From Mobula hypostoma (lineage: Eukaryota), in assembly GCF_963921235.1 (NCBI RefSeq), contig NC_086109.1, positions 23,934,001 through 23,998,000 on the forward strand: a DNA stretch of 64,000 nt, given 5' to 3'. The notes beneath the pieces were generated by a model that was not told the DNA's origin, ran no database searches, and saw nothing but the letters and a program-made list of their open reading frames with translations. The stretch's first letter is position 1, and every line of letters starts with the position of its first letter. Below are positions 40,480 to 53,327 of the stretch, piece after piece. A program made the position numbers and the translations under genes.

Positions 40480-40895
40480 CAATGCACAGGATAAACCAAA
40501 AAGCTGCAGAGGCCTGTAGGCTGAGCCAGCTCCTAGCCACCCCACCATCGAGGACTTCTTCAAAAGGTGGTGTCTCAGGAAAACAGCATCCATCATGAGG
40601 GACTTTGAACATCCAGGATATGCCTTTTTCTCATTACTACCATCAGGGTAGAGATAAGGGACACCTGAGGACACACACTCAACATTTTAGGAACAGCTTT
40701 TTCCCCTCCACTATCAGATCTCTGAATAGCCATGAAGCTACAAACAATGCCTCACTATTTTGCATTATTTATTAATTTTTTATATTTTTAAATTGCAACT
40801 TATAGTCATTTTTTATGTATTGCATTGTTCTGCTGATGTAAAACAACAAATTTCACTGCATACTTTATGTCAGTGATAATACACCTGATTCTGAA
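40480..40895 (+). mobile_element. Rex/Babar-type LINE 3' fragment
   Basis: RKTASIMRD..HPGYAFFSLLPSG remnant and 3' UTR. Related fragments at about 9570-9925, 47850-48155, 58120-58530 (-), 58740-59470 and 63735-63895. Confidence 0.7.
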
Positions 40896-43145
40896 TGACG
40901 TGTTGAAATTAAGATAGCTGGTTCAAAACATTCAGAAAATGAAAAGTAGGTTTTACTGAAGGTTAAAATGAGAAGAGGATGCTTGCTAGCAGCAATCTTC
41001 AGCAAGTAGGACCTAGATAGCTGAAGGCACAGTCACCGATAGTGGAGCAAAGAAAATTCAAGTCATGCAAGAACAAGAAAGAAAGCAAGGATTTAAAAAT
41101 AAAGATGAGAAGTTAATGAATTATTTGCAACTTGAGCTGTTTGTTGAGATTAACTATGTCTGTAGTTCTTGTTTCTTTTTTGGAGTGGGGGGGGGGTCAC
41201 ACTCCACTATGTAATTTTACCATCTGAGTCCAGGTAATGTGCCCCTGTGTCTGTGGGCATTTGGCTGTTGGGGAATTACCACTGACCCTGACCCTGATAA
41301 TTACATAAACACATAGTTGTACGTTTAAACCCAAGAACAGGGACAGCAGCTTACTACATGGTCTCTCATTACTGTCTATCCAACAGTGCTTCCCACGCTC
41401 AGTTCAGTCTCTCCAAGTCACCAGCTCCAGCTCAGAAACAAGGGGGACTCAGGATGGTAGAATCTGGAAGAGATACTCAAAGTAGCCAGCTGGTGTCCCT
41501 CTCTCACTGTAAATCCAGCCTTGGTTTGCTTTAGGAATAATCTTGGATGATCAGGGGATGTGGGTCAGTTACTGAAAGTTGATTCCACAAACAAAGAGAG
41601 CCTGTTTGTCAGTTCATGTAAGTTCAGTGGCTGCTCCGGGCTCCCTTTGAAGTGAGTGCATGAATTTGTCCTCGTGCAAGTTCGTGCAAGCGCAGCCTTA
41701 TGAGTGTGCAAACATGTGTCTATAAATCTGTGAGTGTGCAGGGATAGTGTGTAATAATAATGTGAGTGGGAAGAGGTGTGTGTGTATGTGGTATGTCTGA
41801 ACGAATGTATGTCTCTCTGTGTATGAGTGTGTAGAATGTGCACAGGAGCACATCAGTGTTTGCACACGTGTGTGACAGTTGTACACATGAGTGAGTCTCT
41901 GTGCGAATAGAGTTGGTGGGGCAGAGCAACTTGACGCAGATGCCTCTGCGCTCTCAAAACCAGCTGCGATTTACCACCTGCCCCAGACAATGAATGGGCC
42001 GATATGCGGAATGGTGACAATCCTGTGGAACATCTCTCACCAAGCCTCAGCAGAGCTGGATGAGAGATTGCTGCACGTGCTTGATGGTGGACATGATGGG
42101 AGTGAGAACATTAATAATCACTCTGATCTACATATTGTGTTTCCACACAGGGTGCGAGTCCTGCCAGAAAAAGTGGCTGGGATACCTCCCAAAAACAGCT
42201 CCTCCAAAGAGGCTGCATTCCCCCAGTACTGCACTTGAGTATCAGCCTGGATCATCTTTTCATTATCAAATTGTTGTTTGCTGCATACAAATCAGCTGCC
42301 ACATTTCCTGCCTTAAAGCACTAACTATTTCAGAGGTGCTTCTTCAGTTCACTTTTGGACATCCTGATTTCAGGAAAGGTGCTGAATAAATACAATTATT
42401 TCATTTTTAAAGCTTCTAATTCTAGTTAATTTTCTTTAAACATTTCCAATGAGGAGATGTTTTTTTTAAAAAAAGGACTAAGGTCCTGTAGATTATAAAA
42501 TTCTCCTCCTCCCTCCTATGACACATGGCTCAGGAGTGGAAGAAAATAGGTGGGGGGGGGGGAAGAAAAACATACTTGCAGGTTTGCATCCAACCTTTGC
42601 TTTTCTTTCTAAACCCAATTATTCACCTCAACCCACTGGAAGTAAAGACGACCTTGATTGTCCCTTGCACATGTTTGCACTTGGTACTGAGCACCATTTG
42701 CCAAACAGGCCAAGAGGATGAACAACTGCCATCCTATTGTAGGCATTATCCATCCAACAGCGTCTCCATCAAACAAATTGCAAGGTACCGTCATCATCTG
42801 TCACCTGGGCCCTGCACTGCATCTGACCGGATCACACTTTTCCACCAAACCATTTCCTGGTCCGTCTTATCCCTGTATCTGTTTATGGAGACTTCTTTAA
42901 CCTCCCTTGAATCCACCTTCCTAACTCCAGGAAGGCGGAGGAAAAGCTGTTGAGGGTGCAAATGAATCGTTTTAAAGGGCAAGGCTGCTTGTACTGTTGA
43001 AACATTAAACCATAAGACTTTGGCAATTTCCATGCTCTATGATTCTTAGTCAAATATCAATCTAAGCAACCCTTAAGGCCATATTTGACATTAGGAGACA
43101 ATTGAAGGTTTCTGTGTTTAGTTTCTACAAACCATAGCTCTAGAC

Positions 43146-43225
43146 CAGGGGTTCCCAACCTGAGGTCCTTGGACTTCTTGCTTAATGGTATTGGTCCACA
43201 GCATATAAAAAGGTTAGGACCCCTG
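43146..43225. mobile_element. 80-bp hAT (Charlie-like) MITE
   Basis: TIRs caggggttcccaacct / aggttaggacccctg; preceded by ctctagac. Confidence 0.75.
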
Positions 43226-43260
43226 ACATTACTCAAGAAAACTGGAGAATTATTGCTTAC

Positions 43261-43330
43261 CTGGTAGCTTGAGTTAAGTGCTCCACCATATCCAAGTCCT
43301 GTAATCACATTCTTAACTAAGGTTGGACTT
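43261..43330 (-). CDS. foxp4: Forkhead box P4, internal coding exon
   Basis: 70-bp exon, ttttttag|...|gtaagc, phase 2/0. Translates (G)SPTLVKNVITGLGYGGALNSSYQ. Confidence 0.95.
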
Positions 43331-44391
43331 CTAAAAAAAAATAGAAACTTTGGTTAGCAAAAGGACATATGATTTTAAACAATCTGCTATAACAGAATAG
43401 TGTATAAAGCAATTAGTCCTGTATTTTTTTACTGGTTCTGAGAGACATTGGCCTGCAGAATGAACTCTCTTTGCACTATCCCACAGAATGTTTAGCAAAC
43501 AAAAATAGGCTATTTGGCCCAACTGTGCAAACGCCTCCTCCTCTTTTTCATCTCATTGGAACATTATCTCCTTCGATTCTTTCTCATCTTGTCTCTAGCT
43601 TCCACTTGATTGCATCAAAGCAATTCACGCCACCTACTTCCAGTCAAAGCAAGTTCCACACTCTCACCACTTCCTGGTGGACGCTACTTTGGAAATTCCT
43701 ATGGGATTCACTAGCTTTTGTACTGATGGGCATCTTTTGGGAAGATCGTCTGACACGGGCTTATCATACTGTAATTTGTGATATTGTTTCAGCTGAGCTC
43801 TATGGTAAATATTTAAAAAGTGAGATGAAAATCTTTATCATAATTTCTGATGCCTCTCCGATTTCCAACGAAAGCAATTGAGTCACTTGTGGAAATTCTG
43901 ATTATGCTCTCTCTGATTTCCTGAAATTAACACTTGCATTTCTTTTAGATTCAACTTGTTAAGTTCCATTCTGAGAATCCGTCAATATAAGTTAAAATAG
44001 AAGAAAGTTTCCTCATAAATATGAGGAAGGAATAGAGGAGACTGAAATTGACAGTGATTCTTGTCGAATTTTGCCTATTCAATCAAAACAGACTGAATAC
44101 TTGGATTCCAACTCTGAGTTTGGGTAGAATGCATTTACATACACCTTATTTGACTTATTCTTTTGTTGATTTTCTGATGGGCGAATCCCAGCATTTAATG
44201 TTTTATTCTGGGTATCCTGCAATGTTTTTTAGATATAGTAATCCACTTCTGAATCTCTCAGTGATATGGTCACACAGGACCTGTTGATGCCTTTGGAGGA
44301 CACTAAGGTCACTGTGCATTGTGAGAAGATGGCAACATGCAGAAAAAGTAAAAGCTCCAGTGAGAGCCGGCAGTGACAATCAGCACCTTAC

Positions 44392-44513
44392 CCAGTCATC
44401 TTTGGTGGCCTTCTCTTTTGGTACTCTAGTTCATCAACCGTCCAGACCGCCCCTTTTACATTCTCCACTCGTACAAAACACTTGTGAAGACTGAGGTTGT
44501 GACGCACAGCATT
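44392..44513 (-). CDS. foxp4: Forkhead box P4, internal coding exon (recognition helix and wing)
   Basis: 122-bp exon, acattgcag|...|gtaagg, phase 0/2. Translates [49 protein letters not shown] is FOXP4-like. Confidence 0.97.
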
Positions 44514-44689
44514 CTGCAATGTACAGGAGAGAAGGGGAGAAATGAGCCATGCGTTGAGAAATCTGATCTGCATACACAGTAAACTAGGTAACAGAGGGAT
44601 AATTATGAGATGGAAGGCTCAGAGGGACGAGAGTGGTCCTTCAGCCAATCTGATTCCCTTTTTCCTAAATCCCAATTCTAAAGGCTCAC

Positions 44690-44850
44690 AGAACACAAGA
44701 AATTTTGCAGATGCTGGAAATCCAGAGAGCTGCACACAAAATGGTGGAGGATTTCAGCACGTCAGGCAGCATCTCCAGAGAGGAGTAAACAGTTAATATT
44801 TCAAGCCAAGACCCTTCATCAGGACTGGAAAGGAACGGGGAAGAAATGGC
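44690..44850 (-). mobile_element. Penelope-like terminal fragment with hammerhead motif (44790-44827)
   Basis: Minus strand CAGTC-CTGATGA-AGGGTCTTGGCTT-GAAA-TATT-AACTG plus the family terminal motif. Confidence 0.75.
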
Positions 44851-45885
44851 TTCGTCTTTTGAGAAATCAGATGTTTCATTAGTGTTCCCAATGTGCTGGG
44901 CCAAAATCATTCCAGCCCATTTGACATAAAGAACAGGAACTCAAACTGGATGATGTTACACCCTTTGCACAGAGGAATACGGCAATAAAAATCTGGCAGA
45001 ACATCTGGATGTTGCCTAGATTATCAACTATAAGCAGAGCATGGACAAATATGGATTGTTCTCTTTGGTGCATCAGAGGCTGAGTAGCCAGCTGATAGCA
45101 GTATATAAAATTATGATAAGTTAGTTAATCTGAGTCTTTTTTCCCCAGGATGATAATGTCAAAAACAACAGGACAAAGCTTAAGATGAGAGGCAAAATGT
45201 TTTCTTTTATCTCCAGAATTTAGTTCTTAGATTTCCCTTCTGGGAGCAGATATCCCAAGACTCTAGATTGCTATTTCAGTAATATACACATTGCATTAAA
45301 GTTCAGCCTTCAAAGTAACTTTATTATCAAAATACATATGCAGTATGTCACTGGTATTCACAGTAGATACCAAGAAACATTACAGGGTCAATGACAAAAC
45401 TACACACAAGGACAAACAACCAATGTGCAAACAACAACAAATTGCACAAATACAAAAAGAAGAACAAAATAGATAGACAGATAGACAATTAATTAATTAA
45501 TATTGAGAACGGGAGTGGTAGAGTCCTTGAAAGGAAGTCCATAGGTTGCGGAATCAGTTCAGTGTTGTAGTTAGCATTATTAGCATGTATGTTAATACAT
45601 TAATGTGTACACAGTATATATGTGTCCTACAGAGCGTACGGTCTATAAGATGCACTATGTAGCTCACCAAATTTGTTTAGCAGCACTCTGTGGATGGATG
45701 GGAGCACCACCACTGACAGGTACACACCATTTTAGATTTGGAAATATATTACCAGTCTGTGATTGATATTGGGTTGAAATCCTGCAATTCTGAACCAGCA
45801 GCACTGTGAAGATACAGTACCTGACTCTCAAAGTAGCCTGCAGTGGCTCAGGACGTTGGTTCATTAACCCCTTTTCATCAATAAG

Positions 45886-46505
45886 TACAAGAGATCCTGC
45901 AAATCTTGAGCTACACACACAAAATGCTGGAGAAATCAGCCAGTCAGGAAGAATCAATGGAGGAGGAATAAACAGTCGATGTTTCAGGCCAGGACCCTTT
46001 ATCAGAATTGGGGAGGAAGCCAGGACCCTTCATCAGAATTGGAAAGAGTTGGGGAGGAAGCCAGGATCCTTGATCAGAATTGGAAAGAGTTGGGGAGGAA
46101 GCCAGGATCCTTGATCAGAATTGGAAAGAGTTGGGGCAGAAGCCAGAATAAGAAGGTGGGGGTAGGGGTACGAGTTCAAGCTGGCAGGTGATATTTGAGA
46201 CCAGATGAGGGGAAAGGTGAGTGAGTGGAGAGATGAAGTAAGAAGCTGAGTGGGGATAGGTTCAAGAGAAAAAAAAGGTTGAAGAAGAAGAAAACTGATA
46301 GGAGAGTACAGTGGACCATGGAAGAAAGGAATGTAGGGGGAGAACCAGTAGGAGGTGATAGGCACATGAGAAGAAGAGAAGGAATGAGTGAGTAATCAGA
46401 ATGGGAAATGGGAAAAGAGAGAAGGAGAAAGAGAGAGACCAGAAGTTGGAGAAATTCCTGTCCATTCCATCAGGTAGGAAGCTACCAAGATGGAATAAAT
46501 GCTCG
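45886..46505 (-). mobile_element. Penelope-like element 3' end with an internal 41-bp tandem repeat
   Basis: Minus strand EHLFHLGSFLPDGMDRNFSNF (endonuclease end), pyrimidine-rich UTR, hammerhead at 45973-46010, repeat units at 45988-46141. Confidence 0.82.
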
Positions 46506-48159
46506 ATTTACCAAATATGCATATGTTATGAATTAATACAAATTAAAAACAAAATACTTGGTGGCTTGTGTTATGACTTTCGATGCCTGAAGATTGAGTG
46601 AGAAAGAAAACACTGACAGAAGCAGGAAGTCTGGAATATCAATGTCTCCTTTTTTTTGCTTCAGGGTACCCTATAATAAACTGATATTCTAGACTATCCA
46701 TGCTTAACACCGGATTCTCAAAACGCTTCGAGTTAGACACACAAATTGTTCCTAACGCTAGTAGCTAAAGACTGATCACTGGGGTCGAGGCAAACCCTTT
46801 AGACCCCAGAAGAGGAGGTTCCTAATCCACATCTCTGCAAATTTTCATTTGAATTTTGAATGTGGCCTTCAGTTTTTTTCAGAACTAATTAGCATGTGGA
46901 AAACCAGCCGCATTTTAAATAAATACTTTTAAAAGCTTATCGGGAATGCCATCAATAAAAATTAAATACGAGACAATGAAACTCAGATGACAGGCAGTGC
47001 TATTGTGCTGCAAGTGTTGTTAAAAAAAAGAGCCAAGCCACAGAATGTAAGTGATATTATTTTTCAGTCTGTAAAACTGGAGTATTCGTTCTCATCTAGT
47101 TATCCCAGATCATAACACAAATCATTTTTTTTGCCCAAGCCCTTTAATGCTCCCTTTACAATTTCATGTAGGTTTCTACATATTTTGAGCTCTGCATGAA
47201 GCAAATTATTTGGCAAAGATTACATTACACCTACCTAAAAAGAGAGGAAAAAAATCCAAAGAGAATATTTCCACATCTAAAGGCTGTAATTGTGTTACGG
47301 CCAGTCACCAAGGAAGCAGATTTAATTTATGATAGCTTTTTACATGAAGCCTTTTGAAAAGACTGACAACAAGTAACTAGGGAGGCAAAGAAAAATTCTC
47401 AGCTCGGTGCACTCGTACATTGCCATTCTCTTCCTTGAATTAGAAGATCATGAGTTTTAAATTCCTCTCCAAGTGGAGACTAACTCTAACACCGTCAGAG
47501 CATGCAGGGCTGCTAGTGCTGAGGAAATGGTGCACTATCGATTAAATACTGGCAAGGAAGTCTCCAGTGACTGGAGGGAAACGTCTAAGGGAGCGTTCTG
47601 CTGTTGGAGTGAAGGTCTGAGGGAGTGTTTTACTGCTGCTAGGAAGGGATTGACGCAGTGTTGAACTGTTGGAGGGAAGGACGGAGGGAGTTATACTGCT
47701 GGAAGGAAGTGCTGTACAGGTGGAGGGAATGGAATGAGGGAGTGCTTTACGGTTGGAGGGAAGGACTGAGACAGTTCTTTGTTATTGCAGGAAAGGGGTT
47801 AAGAGAGTGTTCTACTGTTGGAGGGAAGGGATAGAGGGAATGTTGTCCTTGGCAACCTCAACCATTTCCATTATGGGCTCCCCAGCATCAAGAACATCTT
47901 CTGAAAGCAATGCCTCAAAAAGGCAGCCTCAAGGACCTGCATTACCCAGGATGTGCTCGCTTCTTATTACCACAATGAGAGAGCAGGTACAGGAGCCTGA
48001 AGACACACCCTCAATGCTTTAGGAGCTGCTAAATTACAAATTACAATTTACTACTGTAATCTATGTATTACACTGTACTGCTGCCTCAAAACAACAAATT
48101 TCATGACATATGTACGTCAGTGATATTACACCAGATTCTGATAATTCTGATTCTGCTCC

Positions 48160-48860
48160 CTGTTATGTAGGAGGTGCTGAGATGAGGGCAGAAGTGTGGG
48201 AGATTGAGGAGATATGGGTGGGGGCTTTATTGATAGCAGAGGGGAGAAAATCCTGTCTTCTGAAAAGAGAGGATATCTCAGATACTCTGGAATGGAAAGC
48301 CTCATCAGGCCAACAGATGCAGTGGAGACAAAGGAAACAAGAGAAGGGATTATCATCCTTGCAAGTGAAAGACTAGGAAGAGGTGCAGACAAGATAACGG
48401 TTGGAATTAGCGGGTTTGTAAAAGATGTTGGTGGATTGTTTGTCTCCTAGGGTAGAGAGAGGGAAAGTTCAAGAAAGGGGTGACAGGAGTTGGATATGGA
48501 GCAGGTAAGTTTGAGGGCAGGGTGGAAGTTGGTGGTGAATTTGACAAAACTGATGAGCTCCATTTGGGTGCAGGAAGCAGCTCCAATGCAGTTGTCAGGG
48601 AAAGAGCTGGAGAGTGTTACCACTGTGGGCTTGGAACATGGGTTGTTTTATGTGTCTAATAAAGAGGCAGGCATAGCTGAAACCCATGTGAATGCTCATG
48701 GCTACAGCTTTGGTCTAGAGAAAGTGGAAGGAGAAAAAGTTGTTAAAGGGTGGGTACCAGTTCTGTCAGATATAGAGGGTGGTGGTGGAGGGGAACTGGA
48801 TGGGTCTATTATCACGAAACAAAATGGGGAGCCTTAAGGCCTTCCTGATGGGGGATATAA
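48160..48860 (-). mobile_element. Penelope-like reverse transcriptase fragment, decayed
   Basis: Minus-strand motifs PHQEGLKA, AVAMSIHMGFSYACLF, DNCIGAASCT..ELISFVKFTTNFHPALKLT, STNIFYKPANS. Confidence 0.85.
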
Positions 48861-50739
48861 CTATACAGAGATGGCATGTACTGTGAATGCAGGTAAGAAC
48901 ACTGAAGAATTTCTGAGCTCTGAAAAGGTGTATCCTTAATTCAAGACACATGCTCTATTCTCACCAGTAGCAGCTACCCTCTCTCATGCCTACCTAATCA
49001 TTCAGCAACATTGTAAATGCTGGGGAGGTTTGTTTTAACGGAATCTGTGTGCCAGGGATCTTATCTTGTTAGCTGATATGAAGTATTCACACCTGTATGT
49101 GTGCACAGGCAGACACACTCAAAAGTGCACATGAGTCCAACACACACACACATATATAAAGATACATACACATGAAAGATGCAAGCATTCATGTGCAAGC
49201 AGTTCAACCTCCTTCCTATTAGTCTGTTGCAGACATCATCACCAACTAAACCAGTGTCCAGCTATAGTTAAAGTCAGAGCCAATATTCCAACACAACCAA
49301 GGTAAATACGGCCGGACCATTTGAGATCCTACCCAAACCAGTCCCTGCAAAGCCATTCAGCATACTGGGAGGAAGAAAGAGTAGGGTAGCAAAATAGGGA
49401 GATGGCAGATCAAAACAGATTTTAGCCAACATGCTTATCATTCTTCACCAGCAGACAAAGAGTTAAACCAACGCTGAGTGCGAAACAAATGATGCGTCTT
49501 CCAGACGCAGATTATTATACAGCTTTTATCTGCCAATATTCCTTGTAAAAGAAAAGGACTAATAAAATCTGGATACAATTCTCCCAAAGACAAATAAATT
49601 GCCTCAGAATCCTTGTATTGTGACTGACTACATTATTGTTTTAAATTTGTCTGTTATAATAGCAAATATAATTTTACATTTTAAGAAATGCAAGCAGTTT
49701 TCTTGACTGAAACCATATTTTCTCTTTCCTTCTTTATGTGTGTGTGTGTGTGTGTGTGTATACCACTCTCTCAATCTTTCTCTCCCTCCCATCACCATCC
49801 ACTTCTCCCACTCTGTCTCAACACCCACCGATCTTCCTTTCCACCGTCTAACTGGATAATTATGAACACTGTAACAGTGGCGCACATTAAGAGCAGCTCT
49901 CTTCAACTTTGCAAATTAGAATGACCCCAATTTCAGATAAAGGCCTGTATTTATATTTGCATTTCCAATTCATGACGGAAGATTTATTCATTCTGTTAAA
50001 ACATTAGCAGCAATTTGAAAGGTCAACCACCAAAGACAATACAAATAAAACATGTGAAACAAAAAAAAATTAAAATTAAAGCTTTGAGGAAATTGGTTGG
50101 AAAAAAGCAAGAGGCCCAGCTTCTCTTCCTCAATAATTAGGACTCATAACCTTCACAGAAAATTGAGTCTTGACTTTGATCATTTTAATTCAGATTTTTC
50201 TGAACACATCTTATTATTTTTTCCTCCTGTTACAATTCCCATTATCAGTTTAACTTATTGTTTGACAAATTTCTCCATCACCATCGTTTCAGCCCTCCTC
50301 CAATGTTATTCTTTTATTCATTAACAAGATGTGGATGACACTGCTTTGACAAGCATTTAATCTCAGGACAAAAATGCCCTTGAAGGATGAGGGTGTTTTG
50401 CCTTCTTGAACTGTTGCCATGCAAGTGTTTCCAAGTGTCGTTAGGAAGGAAGTTAACAGATTTTGACCTGATGATAATGATAATGCAATAGGTTTCCTAT
50501 TTCTGAGTCTGCTGTATAATTTGGATGGGATCCTGGAGGGAGTGATGACCAAATGCCTGCTGCTCCTGTCCTCCCGAGTGCTCTCCTATCATAGCTGGTC
50601 CCTTGGTGGTGACTCTTCCATATCATGTCACCAGGCTGTGACGTGTAAGATGACACGATGTACTATTGAAAGCAGTGCACATAGGGTAGTGTCCTCCAGG
50701 TTGAGAAGACTAAACACAGATTGGATGATTGCCTCAGAG

Positions 50740-51865
50740 TCATGGAGTTATACAGCCATTGCCCAACTCTTCCATGCTGACTAGTGTACCTCTTGAGCTA
50801 GTCCTATTTGCCTGCATCTGCCGTATCCCTCTAAGCCAGGGGTTCCCATCCTTTTTTATGCCATCTACCTCTACCATTAACAAGGGATCTGTGAATCCTA
50901 GATTGGGAACACCTGCTCTAGACCTTTCCTATCCATATAGCTATCCAAATGAAGTTTATGTGCTGTTGTTGTCCCTATCTCTGTTACATTCTCTGGCAGC
51001 TCATTCCATACATGCACCACTAGTCTGTGTGAAGAAGTTGCTGCTCAGGATCCTTTTAAATCCTTTCCTTCTCACCTTAGACCTTTGCCCTCTTTAGTTT
51101 TTGGTTCCTTTTCCTTGGGGTGAAGTTTGTGTGCATTCCCTTATGAAAGGACTTTATGATTTTGTACACCTCTGTAAGGTCACCCGTACTCTCTAAGGGG
51201 ACACATCTCCATCGATGGAGGTGTAAGGAGCTTCTTCCCTCTGCTACCCTGCAGGACATCCTTGGGCAAGATGTAGCACTTACTTAGCACCCCCCCCAAC
51301 CCCCGTCATGTGAAGCCATGGGAGCAGGTGGTCAATGGTCATATGAACAGCTGGTGCATATCACAAATCCTGGTTATGTGACCACTGATGCCAGGCATAC
51401 AGTCTCTGAAGAGTATTGATAACAGCTGGGGTCACCTGGCCAGAAGATGGCAATGGCAAACCACTTCTCAAGAAAAGTTTGCCAAGAACAATCATGGTCA
51501 TGAGACCATGATCACCTATATCATATGAAACGGCACATAATGATGATGGTCACCCATCAGTCTCCTGTATTCCAAGAATTAAACACCGAGCCTGCCCAAC
51601 CTTTCCCTATTACTCAAGCCCTCAAGTCCTGGCAACGTTCTCACAAATCGTTGCATTCTTAGAGGCAATCCTGGTGCAGGGTTTCGAATGAAACATCGAC
51701 AATTCCTTTCCTCCCATACGTGCTGCTCGGCCCACTGAGTTCCTCCACCAGACTGGTTGTTGTTCTTTGCACTCTTTCTGGCTGAATGATGTCCTTCCTA
51801 TGACAGGGTGATCAAAACCCCACACAATACTCCAAGTCTGGCCTCACTAATGTCTTGCAGAATAC
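50740..51865 (-). mobile_element. CR1 3' fragment with nested insertions (hAT MITE, RTE-tailed SINE at about 51195-51550, Penelope end at about 51660-51765)
   Basis: GDLTEVYKIIK and LGVLCGVL..TLS remnants. The insert has the RTE-type tail gaagatggcaatggcaaaccacttc and ends in (tga)n. Confidence 0.7.
50837..50915. mobile_element. 79-bp hAT MITE, same family as 43146, opposite orientation
   Basis: TIRs caggggttccca / tgggaacacctg. Near-identical 8-bp flanks ctctaagc / ctctagac. Confidence 0.8.
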
Positions 51866-52104
51866 CTGTATTTGATCCAGAGGAGTATCTGAAAGCTGTT
51901 GTCACTCGTCGTCTTAATTCAGTCTCACTCCCATTGTCTCTGTCTTCAGCTTCCTCTACTAGCAAATAGAAATTTGATGGGTCGTGCCTCACCTTCTTAC
52001 TGGGCACTTTTGCACCCCTCCAGATTCAACATTGTTCCACATATAAATGCACATTAGATTTTCCACATTTCAAATTTCCAGCATCTGCCCTACAGTTACA
52101 GTCA

Positions 52105-52555
52105 AAGAGTCATAGATCGCCTCAGCACAGAAGCAGATCCTTTGGGCCATCTATCCATGCCAAATTATTATTCAGCTTACTCCCATCAAACTGCACCTGG
52201 AGCATAGACCTCCATATCCCTCCCATCCATGTACATCTAATTATCGCTTAAATTTTGAAATCGATCCCATATCCACCACTTTTACTGGCAACTCATTGCT
52301 CACTCTCACCACCCTTTGAGTGAAGAAGGTCCCTGTCATGTTCTCTTTAAACAATTCCCCTTTCACCCTTAACCAATGACCTCTAGTTCTATTTTCACTC
52401 AGCCTCGATGGAAAAAGTCTGCTTGCATTTAACCTATCTATATAGCTCTATATATAATTTTATATAGCTCTAGTTTTATATACTGTACCTCAAATCTCCC
52501 CTCATCGTCCTACGCTCCGGGGAATAAAATGCTGACCTGTTCAACCTTTCCCGTT
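52105..52555 (-). mobile_element. CR1 LINE 3' end
   Basis: Reverse complement of the CR1 3' region (ctcaccaccct..gagtgaagaag, gacctctagttct, ctgttcaacctttcc). Confidence 0.75.
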
Positions 52556-52861
52556 GGTCATTTCAGCTTCTGCTTCTCCCAATTAGACCTCTATGAGAGT
52601 GACCTTCTGATCCTGTAGTTTTCCCAGCGATAATCTAGCTTACTTATTGTACTATTATCTGGGGCCTTTGCTATTAATGAGTTTTTCATTGTTTCATACC
52701 AGTTTGGGAATGCAAATTCAGGTAAATAATTTTAGACTGGAATTAAAAATCTACCATCGGTATTAGTAACTATGAAATGTCTGCACTACTATAAAATTCT
52801 GCCAAGGGGACAAAACTATCCCAGGTGTCAGGTCTTGAAGGTACTGATTCTCTCTAAAGCA

Positions 52862-53327
52862 CAGTTCCTGAGGTGCTGACTCTCCCTAGCGTACAGTTCC
52901 TGAAGATAATGACGCTCCCTGGGATACAGTTCCTGAAGATAATGACTCTCCCTGGGGTACAGTTCCTGAAGATAATGACTCTGCCTGGGATACAGTTCCT
53001 GAAGATAATGACTCTCCCTGGGGTACAGTTCCTGAGGATAATGACTCTCCCTGGGGTACAGTTCCTGAGGATATTGACTCCCCCTGGGGAACAGTTCCTG
53101 AGGTGTTGAGTCTCCCTGGGATGCAGTTACTGAAGATTATGACTCTCCCTGGGATACAATTCCTGAGGTGTTGAGTCTCCCTGCTGCAGTTACTGAAGAT
53201 TAAGACTCTCCCTGGGGTACAGTTCCAGAAGATAATGACTCTCCCTGGGGTACAGTTCCTGACGTGCTGACTCTCCCTAGGGTACAGTTCCTGAGGCGTT
53301 GACTCTCCCTAGGGTACAGCTCCTGAA
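52862..53327. repeat. Minisatellite, about 14 copies of 32/33-bp units
   Basis: Consensus cagttcctgaagataatgactctccctggggta (33 bp), with a variant cagttcctgaggtgctgactctccctagggta (32 bp). Confidence 0.95.

Noticed and set aside
44080..44280. Acceptor-like caacag| shortly after the forkhead exon
   Set aside because: Weak polypyrimidine tract, early stop and no similarity to forkhead sequence.
52873..53109. ORF with 11-aa repeats (IMTLPGVQFLK), or a CRISPR-like array
   Set aside because: Direct tandem minisatellite with no unique spacers; 32-bp units break the frame; antisense within an intron.
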